Shown: piece by piece, positions 53,398-64,000 of the stretch
Layout: each line of letters begins with the position of its first letter
How positions within the stretch are numbered: position 1 is the stretch's first letter
Origin: the human T2T-CHM13v2.0 reference genome, Homo sapiens
Reading direction: 5' to 3' (one strand)
Assembly (NCBI RefSeq): GCF_009914755.1
Contig: NC_060925.1
DNA length: 64,000 nucleotides
Program-made: the position numbers and the translations under genes
The notes under the pieces: model-generated
What the model was told of the DNA's origin: nothing
The model's database searches: none
What the model saw: only the letters and a program-made list of their open reading frames with translations

Positions 53398-53688
53398 ACC
53401 TCAAACAACACTTCTCTCTCTCTTTTAGCTGCTTGTTATGGTTCCTATACATGGAACAATTATACTGGCCTCACTGTGTTATGGTAAATATTTAAGGTCA
53501 TATTTGATATTGCTGGTTTGAATTCAGCTTTTCCATTTAAATACATTATAATGATGATGATGAAATCATGATAATATTTAACTTATTTTTAAAGTATATT
53601 CTGTACCTTTCCAACAAAAAGGTTAAAAGTCATTGAAGGCTAACCTTACTGCCTTCTTTGTATCACTGTCTTCTAAATAATTATTATG

Positions 53689-54204
<516 letters not shown>

Positions 54205-54489
54205 TCATATTACTAACGTAGCCTTCTTCCTAGATTTTTTAATTGTTTGATCATGAGCGAACACTTCTACTCTCTGTGATAGATTTGCAAACAGAGGAAA
54301 TAACGCATCCTCGTGTCCCTCTTCTTGGTGTTCCACAGGCCATGTGTGCCCTAGCCCTCGTTCATGCAAGGTCTGTGTAGGGAAGGTGGACTTCAGCTCA
54401 GCAACAGCATCCCTTCCCACAGGGATCAGGTGGGTGGCTTGAGATACCCCTTCCATGGGGCACCACCCATTCAGTGAGACGGGGAAGCC

Positions 54490-55927
54490 CTGGGTGGGAG
54501 GGAGAACACCTCCACATGTCTTCTACTCTCTCCATAGGATGGAATGAGTGTCCCAGTCCCAGGAGTATCCATTTCCCACTGTGTAGCCCAGTACTCTGGT
54601 CTCACTGTCTCTGCTGAATCCTGTCTCACTGTGCATATTATTGTGGTTTATATCAGTCAGTAAACCAATGTGAGTCTTCATCTCTTGCATTCTTAGGTTC
54701 ATAGTTTTGTGTGTCTCCTGTAATGACCCTTCTCTTTCCCTTTCCAACTCCTGAAAGATTGCCACTATTTCCTCTGGAACTTTGTTTCGTTACCAGCAAA
54801 ATCCTCGACATCCATACCCGTTTCCTGGCTTTCCCTCTCCTTTCCTCTGAATGGTAGTCTTTTATATTCAGCTGTCCACTTGACATCAAAATAGACATTT
54901 TGAACTCAATTTGCCTAAAACTTACCCACAAATTTCTCCCCAAGTCTCTCCCTAACTGCAACAACAAAAACCACAGGCTTCTCCCTGTCACTGGATGGCA
55001 ACTCCATTCTTTTGATTGCTTAAGCCAGGCATCCGATTGAGTACTTTCTTGATTTCTCCAGCCCACATCCAGTCCATCGGCAAGCCCTGTTGGTCCTACC
55101 TTCAGAATATGTCCGGGGTTCAGTTGTCCTGGCCACCCTGCTGCTGTAACCATGGTCAGAACTCCATCCTGCCCCTCTGGATTATGACTTTCGTTTCCTC
55201 ACAGTGGTCCTGCTTGGGCTCTAGGCCCTTCCACTCCCATTCTCTCTACAGCAGCTGGGCTGATTCCTTTAGCACCCAAGGATATGTTGGCATCACAGTG
55301 ACTTAGATACCATCACAAAGACCTCCCATTCAACTTAGAGTGAAAGTCAGAATCCTCACAGTGAATCCCCAGGCCCTAGAGGATGTGAACCCCCAGGCCC
55401 TAGAGGATCTGAACCCCCATCCCTCCTCTGATTATCTCTCCCACCCCCACTTCCCTTTGCATTCTGCTCCAGCTGCCCTGGCCTCATGGCTGGGTTTCCA
55501 CCAAAGCAGGCACTTCCCATCACAGGGCCATTTCCCCGCCTGTGGCTTCTGCTTGACATTCCCTTTTCCCTGATATCCCCTTGACTCATTATTCCCTTTC
55601 TTCCTTAACTCTTCTGAGATCCAGCTTCTCAGTGATACCACACAGCCCTACTCCCCCCAGAGCCCATCTAGAGCTCACCTTTCCAGTCGCCCTTGCCAGG
55701 CTCAGTGGAGGCTCTTTGTTCCCCATACAGTACGTGTCGTCGTACTATATTGTTAGGCTTATTTAATTTATGTATGTTTTGCCTTTTTGTGCTAAATGTA
55801 AACACCACAAGGGGAGGTATCTTTGTCTGTTGACAATGATACATTCAATGTTTCTCAAGCACCCCCAATGCTGGTTTGTATGTGGTTATCATTCAATCTG
55901 TATTTGTTGAATGAATAAATGATTGAC
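54490..55927 (+). mobile_element. L2 3' portion
   Basis: L2-like motifs ending TATTTGTTGAATGAATAAATGA; internal 24-bp tandem repeat at ~55361-55418. Confidence 0.7.
55914..55919 (+). terminator. Candidate TRIM58 polyadenylation signal AATAAA
   Basis: AATAAA within the L2 tail, 3.6 kb after the stop codon; use is inferred. Confidence 0.5.
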
Positions 55928-56557
55928 TATGTGGAGAGCAAAATTGATGGACCTGAAAATGTTTTGCAAAATGTAATATAGTCTACTGATACAATATTTA
56001 TTATTATTGGCCAATAATGTTTAATGCCAAGTGCTAAATTAGTAAAATTTTGGGGATATAGAGAAAAATTGAGCAGAAGTCTTAAGTTTGTAAACATAAT
56101 GGATTTTGTGACCTGATAACTTGGCATGTCCAGGCCTAGTCCCATTGAGCCCCCTGTGGTTTTGATTCCCTGTGACATCACAGTGACACCTTTGAATTAT
56201 GCTTTGTCTCATACTCCATAAGCCACCTCTCAAAATGGTATCATCACTAAAAATATGGGGAACTTTCTATAAACTTACATAGACTACAACCTTTAAAAAA
56301 AAAAATTGATGTTAATGTTTTATGTTGCCTTTCTTCACCTAAACGATATGGTGCATCCACGCCATCCAGAAATGGAGTGTCTTGGGTCTGCTGTCCTTCC
56401 CGTCGCTTCCCTGTTACTGTGCATTTCTGTTATATACATTTGGCATTTTTTCTATCTCAAATCATAATTTTTTTTCTTTCTGACATATCCTTAAGGACTG
56501 CTCTGACAGTTACCAGTGAAATTCTTTCGTTCTCTATAAAAATTTGAACATCAACTC

Positions 56558-56850
56558 TGGTAGAGCACAGTGGCTCATGCCTGTAATCCCAACACTTGGG
56601 GAGACTGCGGTGGGAGGATTGCTCGAGACCAGAAGTTTGAGACCAGCTGGGCAACAAAGCAAGACCTGGTTCCTACAAAAAAAATACAAATTAGCCAGAT
56701 ATGGTGGTGCAAACCTGTAGTCCCAGCCACTTGGAAGGCTGAGGCGGGAAGATGGCTTGAGCCCAGGATTTCAAGTCTGCAGTGAGCCAGGATCACGCCA
56801 CTGCACTCTGGCCTGAGTGACAGAGTGAGACCCTCTCCCTTAAAAAATAG
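56558..56850 (+). mobile_element. Alu (AluJ-like)
   Basis: Diverged Alu. Confidence 0.85.
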
Positions 56851-56981
56851 AAAACTAAAAGAGAAAGTCAATCCCCAACATGAGCTTCTAGCCTTTTCTA
56901 AGCTATAACCCTCCAGAACTATGTCTACATATCCAGAAGTGTGGATAATTTATTCAAAGAAGTAATTTGCTTAATACCCCC

Positions 56982-57362
56982 CGATATGGTTTGGCTTTGT
57001 GCCCCCACCCAAATCTCATGCTCAGTTATAATCCCCAGTGTTGGAGGTGGGCCTGGTGGGAGGTGATTGGATCATGGGGGCAGTTTCTCATGGTCTAACA
57101 CCATCCCCCTTGGATAAGTTGTGAAATCTGGTTGTTTAAAAGTGTGTGGCTCTGCAACTTTCTCTTGCCCCTGCTCTTGCCACGCAAGACACCAGTTCCT
57201 GCTTTGCCTTCTGCCATGAGTAAAAGCTCCCTGAGGCCTCCTGGAAGCAGATGCTGCCTTGCTTCCTGCACGGCCTGTGGAACCGTGAGCCAACTAAACC
57301 TGTTTTCTTCATAAGTTTTCCAGTTTCAGATATTTATAGCAGTGTGAGAACAGGCCAACATA
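56982..57362. mobile_element. MaLR LTR (MST/THE1 family)
   Basis: GATATGGTTTGGCTTTGTGCCCCCACCCAAATCTCA...TTTATAGCAGTGTGAGAACAG. Confidence 0.8.
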
Positions 57363-57413
57363 CCCTCATGACCCCTTCTCCAAATCAGGTGACTGGTTTA
57401 TCAATTTACTAAG

Positions 57414-57710
57414 CTTTTTTTTTTTGAGATGGAGTCTCACTCTGTCACTCAGGCTGGAGTACAGTGGCATGATCTTGGCTCACTGTAAGCTTTGCCTCCC
57501 GGGTTCAAGTGATTCTCCTGCCTCAGCCTCCTGAGTAGCTGGGACTACAGGCGCCCGCCACCACACCCAGCTAATTTTTGTGTTTTTAGTAGAGACGGGG
57601 TTTCGCCATGTTGGCCAGGCTAGTGGTCTTGAACTCCTGACCTCAGGTGATCCGCCTGCCTCAGCCTCCCAAAGTGCTGGGATTACAGGTGTGGGCCACT
57701 GCACCCGGCC
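57414..57710 (-). mobile_element. Alu
   Basis: Antisense Alu. Confidence 0.9.
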
Positions 57711-58368
57711 TTAGACTAATTTTTCTAGCATGTTGAGAAGGCCCTGAGTGAAGAGGACTGGGAGGAGGGGATACAGGGAGCAATCAGGAGTGGGAAGTGA
57801 AATAACCTCTTTAGCCAGCAAAAGTAATGGAAAGCACTTAGAGTGGTGATTGCAACCCCTAGAACCCCAGAACGCAGAGAATTGGGAACACTGGGATCTG
57901 TTCAACCTGTCTGCCCTCCAAGCACTGACTCCTTGGTACTTGCTTTCTCTGTGCTGCTGGGGCCCCCTGTGGTCTGCTTTTCTATCACACAGGGAGGAAG
58001 AAAGGACGTCAGGGCCTGCGTATGTGTACCACACATATTCTATGAATTCTACACCATGTAGAATAGTCTCTTTACTCTCTAATTCTCTGACTACATCTAC
58101 CCAAAAGTACCCAGTCATATTGATAAGTTTCTTAGTTAATTGACTCTAAGTCTGATTTTTTTTCTGACATTGCTTGGCTATTTCTGTATATTTATTTTCT
58201 TTAAAAAATTCAGCATTGCGATGTCATTTTTGCCTTTATAAGAGCATTGAAAACATAGTTACATATACATACCTAAGTCATGATACTTGCTCAATTTCCT
58301 TATCAGTTTTTGAAACTATAAACCTATGTATGCTAACATCTTCCTTTCAAACCAAAAAGTAAAAATAA

Positions 58369-58680
58369 GGCTGGGCGCAGTGGCTCACACCTGTAATCCC
58401 AGCACTTTGGGAGGCCAACGGGCGTGGATCACCTGAGGTCAGGGGTTCAAGACCAGCCTGGCCAACATGGTAAAACCTCATCTCTACTAAAAATACAAAA
58501 ATTAGCCAGGCGTGATGGCGGGTGCCTATAATCCCAGGTACTAGGGAGGCTGAGGCAGGAGAATTGCTTGAACCTGGGGGGATGGAGGTTGCAAGTCACA
58601 GTGAGCAGAGATTGCACCACTTCACTCCAGCCTGGGCAAAAGAGCAAAACTCCGTCTCAAAATAAATAAATAAATAAAAA
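58369..58680 (+). mobile_element. Alu
   Basis: Alu consensus. Confidence 0.9.
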
Positions 58681-59608
58681 TAGAACAGGCCATGCTGTAG
58701 CTCCTTAATGTAATAATACACTTTATGTGATTTTTTTCACTATGTAGGACAATGGGTTCTTTCTCTTTCATACATAAAAATATTAGTAAAAAGAAGATGT
58801 CAAAATATTTTGGCCCTATTTTCAGCAGATAAAACGAGAGAGAAAAAACAAAATGCATGATTCTGTTCTAGGTAGCATGGGACCAATTATGCCTCAGCTG
58901 TTTTCTTAGCCGTATAATGATTGTTGGGAACAGGGGAGGGGAGCAAATGGCTCATTGGTATTTATGGTTTTAGAACAGCAATGAATTGAGTCCCCTAATT
59001 TTACTTATGTGAGGTAGTAAATTCTTTTTATATCAAGGGACAAATTCTCATGGTGCTCATTTTCTCTCTGGACCTGACGGGAGATTGGGCAATTTGATGT
59101 GGTGCGCGCCTCTGCCTCAGTGGATGTGCTGGTGATCCCTGTGGGTCTGAAGTTTCCCCAGCGCTTTGGGCTGCTGATGAACCCAGGCTGCCATCAGGGT
59201 CCGTCTCCAGTCTTCCCTCAGCGGAGCTGCAACACTGCGTAATTGCAAGAAACCCCTGTTCACCAATACTGTGGGCCATTGCATTTATAAGGAATGGGCC
59301 AAGCCTGAGAGAGGCACTTGGATTTCCTTACGCCTGGCTACAGCACCTGTGTGCGCCCAAGAGGGTAGAAGGCATTTCGTGACCTGGCTGAGGCCCTCTC
59401 GCTATGTCTGTGTTCCTGCATTCTTTCAGTGTTGCCTAGCAGCATGCAAGTGAAAATGGTGAGCAGGTTTCTGGATTGAGGAACTCAGCTCAGAGGTCTG
59501 CACGTCTAGGTTGGTTTGTTAAATGAATAAGTCATAGGGAGTGCCTCAAGGGTTAAAAAAATCTGAAGAACATACTCCTTGCTCTTAGAACATTTATAAA
59601 TTATGACA

Positions 59609-59955
<347 letters not shown>

Positions 59956-60002
59956 TCACAAGTCGTTTAATTATAACAAAGCACTACATCTACCAATGCA
60001 AA

Positions 60003-60598
60003 ATTATTATTATTACTATTATTATTATTATTATGTTTGAGACAGTGTTTCGCTCTGTCTCCCGGGCCGGTGTACAATGGGGTGGTCTCGGCTCACTATA
60101 ACCTCCGCCTCTCGGGTGCTAGTGATTCTCCTGCCTCAGCCTCCCGAGTAGCTGGGATTACAGGCATACGCCACCACGCACGACTAATTTCTTTTTTTTT
60201 TGTATTTTTAGTAGAGATGGGGTTTTCCATGTTGGTCAGGCTGACCTCGAACTCCCAACCTCAGGTGATCCACCTGCCTCAGCCTCCCAAAGTGCTGGGA
60301 TTACAGGCGTGAGCCACCGTGCCCGTTCTAATGAGAGTCTTCTTTAACCTCCACTTCACTTTCTAAAAGTGAGTCTCTTTTTGGCGGGGGTCGGGGAGGA
60401 CAGGGTCTCACTCTGTCGCCCAGGCTGAGGTGCCAGTGGCATGATCACAGCTCACTGCAGCCTCGACCTCCTGGGCCCATTGACCCCCGTACCTCAGTCT
60501 CTTGAGTAGCTGGGACCATACCTTTGTGCGACCGTGCCGGGCTAAGGTTTAATTTTGACTTTTGTACAGATGGTGTCTCCCCATGTTGCCCAAGCTAG
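60003..60598 (-). mobile_element. Two antisense Alus (60003-60326 and partial 60378-60598)
   Basis: Antisense Alu consensus; (ATT)n tail on the first. Confidence 0.85.
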
Positions 60599-60662
60599 AA
60601 ATGAGCCTTTTCAACAATTTCAAACCGTACGTCCAGATATCAGTTCTGTTTGAATACAAATA

Positions 60663-61590
60663 CAGTCATGCGTTGCTTAACGATGGGGATGTGTTCTGAG
60701 AAAGGCGTCGTTAGGTGATGTTGTCGTTGTGTGAGCATCACAGCATGTACTTACACAAACCCAGATGGTGTATCCTACCACAATCCTGGGCCATAAGTGT
60801 CTGGCATAGCTTGTCACTCCTAGGCTACAGACGAGTACAGCATGGTACTGTAGTGAATACTGAAGACAGCTGTCACTCCGTGGTAAGTATATGTGTATCT
60901 AAACATAGAAAAGGCACAGTAAAAATACTGTATAAAATACAGAAAATGGTAACCTGTCTAGGGCATTTACCATGAATGGAGCTTGCAGGACTGGAAGTTG
61001 CTCTGGGTGAGTCAGTGAGTGGGTGGTGACTGAATGTGAAGAGCCAGGACAGTCGTGTACATGACTACAGACTTTATCAACTTTGTACACTTAGTCTATA
61101 TTAAATGCATTAAAAAGTATTTTTCTTTCTTCAATTAGAAACTATCCTTAGTTTATGGAAACATTTTTACATTGTAAACCTTTTACTTTTTATTAACTTT
61201 GTGACTTTTTTTGTAATAGCACTTAGCTTAAAACACACATTGTAAAACTGTATTAAATACTTCCTTTTTATTCTTATTCTACAAGTTATATTCTATTTTT
61301 TTTTTTCACTTTTCAAACTTTTTCATTGCAAACTAAGACACAAGCAAACACATTAGCCTGGGTGTCCACTGAGACAGAATGATCAGTACCACTGTCTTCC
61401 ACCTCTACACCTTGTCCCACTGGAAGGATTTCCGGGGCAGCCACATGCATGGAGCTGTCACCTCCTATGATCACAATGCCTTCTATGATACTGCCTGAAG
61501 GACCTGCCTCAGACTCCTCTTGAGGAGGTGAAACCACCACAGATGTAATTTGTTGTTGACCAAAATGTGTTGTTCTGCAACATGTGCCTG
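60663..61590. mobile_element. Tigger-family (Tigger3-like) DNA transposon
   Basis: TA|CAGTCATGCGTTGCTTAACGA...CATGTGCCTG|TA; degenerate TIRs with TA TSD. Confidence 0.75.
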
Positions 61591-61693
61591 TATACATATA
61601 TACGTACCGTGTGTGTTTGTGTTTGTATAGTGAGAGTTTGTGAACAAAAAATGGAGTCACACTACATATAATCTCACTATACATTATATTTAG

Positions 61694-62007
<314 letters not shown>

Positions 62008-62360
62008 TATAGTTAAGCTTTCTACTTGTTTGATATTAATATCTTTTTTTTGGACAAAATTCTGGGTAATGTCATTCCAATTTAGTGATTGTTTCCAGTA
62101 GTCTATTAAATCATGTCTATCACTTTAACATACCTTGTTTCCCAGTATTATCTATTTCAGTAGATGCTATAATGAAGTTTTTGAGAGTATGTGTTTACTG
62201 ATTGAGGGTTAATAAATGCAAAGCAGATTCCTAGATGTGGAATTAACAGGGCAATGAGAAAAGCATGTCATTTAACATTTTATGAAAGACAGATACTTCT
62301 TTTGTTAAAATAATATGTACTATGTCAAGGTATATGTGTATTTAAATAGTCATTTTTTTA

Positions 62361-62717
<357 letters not shown>

Positions 62718-63030
62718 TTATTTCCCACATTTTTTCAAGCTCTGGATATTACCACACTTTTCACTATTTACCTATCTGGAAAAGCAAATATCTTTATATT
62801 TAAATTTTTATAACCTCAATCATCAGTGAAAACATTTCTAATGTTTATATCACTTGCTTGTAAATCATGCATTTTCCTGTGAACTGTTTCTTCAAGTCAT
62901 TACATATTTTTCTTTTACTACAGGTTTTTCTTGCCACTTTTTTGAGAAAAAAATTAAGTAAGGTAGCCTTCAGTTGTCTTGTTGAATTTTTCTACTATTG
63001 TTATTATTTTTTAGACTTTGCTAGTAGTGT

Positions 63031-63342
63031 TTCTTTTTTGTTTTGTTTTGTTTTGCTTTTGAGACAGAGTCTTACTCTGTCACCCAAGCTGGAGTGCAGT
63101 GACACGATCTTGGCTCACTGCAACCTCCGCCTCCCGGGTTCACGCTATTCTTCTGCCTCAACCTCCCGAGTAGCTGGGATTACAGGTGTGCACCACCACA
63201 CCTATGTAATTTTTGTATGTTTAGTAGAGAAGGGGTTTCACTGTGTTGGCCAGGCTAGTTGTGAACTCCTGACCTCAGGTGATCCACCCACCTTGGCCTC
63301 CCAAAGGGCTGGGATTACAGGCATGAGCCACCGCACCTGGCC
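63031..63342 (-). mobile_element. Alu
   Basis: Antisense Alu. Confidence 0.9.
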
Positions 63343-64000
63343 AAAAGTGTTTCTTAGAGTGTAAATTTTTCTAAATAGGTAATACAATTTATCTATGTTT
63401 TGCTTTTTAACTTTCGAGAATTGCAACTTGGCTTATGATGTATACTTATTCAAGATAATTGGGAAAAAAAGGAAAAATAACTGTCATGCTTTCTGATTGT
63501 AGTCGTATTTTTTAAATGTTTAAATATATAATTTGTAATTTTATATTTTTGGTGTAAGGAATAAAGAAGCGACCCACACTCCCTTCCTCCCACAAATGCC
63601 TTGTCAGTTATCATGATATAGTTATTGTATTTTGAAAGCTTGATTAGATATAAGATAGTTTCTCTTCAGTAGGCTTTTTTTCTTCTGGATTTCTCTGGCT
63701 AGACTTATGGGCTTGTGTTTCTGTTCTGTGTTTGCATGACACTTCACCTTTTTTTTTTAACATATGTAGAAACCTTGACACTCACTGAACTTGTATATGT
63801 TTTATATATTTATATTTCATATTAAAAACTCTCAAAGCATAGCTGTAAACTAAGTAAGGTAGGTTTGATTATTACCATTTTAGATGAGAAAACTGTGAAA
63901 AGACAAATGAGCTTGCTGAGATCTTGTAATTTAGTCTTGTTGGCATAGGGATAATGCAGAGTAGTTTGGAGCTGTAGCCCAAAATGTATGCATGTATTTA

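Noticed and set aside
62867-63364. 165-aa ORF and the many similar [14 protein letters not shown] ORFs across the window
   Set aside because: Alu translations.

Overview
Human (primate) genomic DNA, recognisable as the chr1q44 olfactory-receptor cluster. In order: a processed HSD17B7 pseudogene (+), an olfactory receptor pseudogene broken by a 1-bp frameshift (-, probably OR6R1P), intact OR11L1 (-, 322 aa), and the complete six-exon TRIM58 gene (+, 486 aa RING/B-box/coiled-coil/PRY-SPRY E3 ligase) with a CpG-island promoter. The rest is about 40 Alus plus L1, L2, LTR and DNA-transposon remnants. Nearly all other ORFs in the track are repeat artefacts. I found no wholly new gene system. The two best leads are both in TRIM58 intron 5. 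One is a 57-bp-period duplication of the exon-5 splice donor, which could yield an NMD-escaping isoform lacking PRY-SPRY. The other is a ~24-copy 75-bp VNTR in which 19 units carry a KLF-type CCMCRCCC motif. Gene names, reference alleles and repeat subfamilies are recalled from memory and need database confirmation. Repeat boundaries are approximate.
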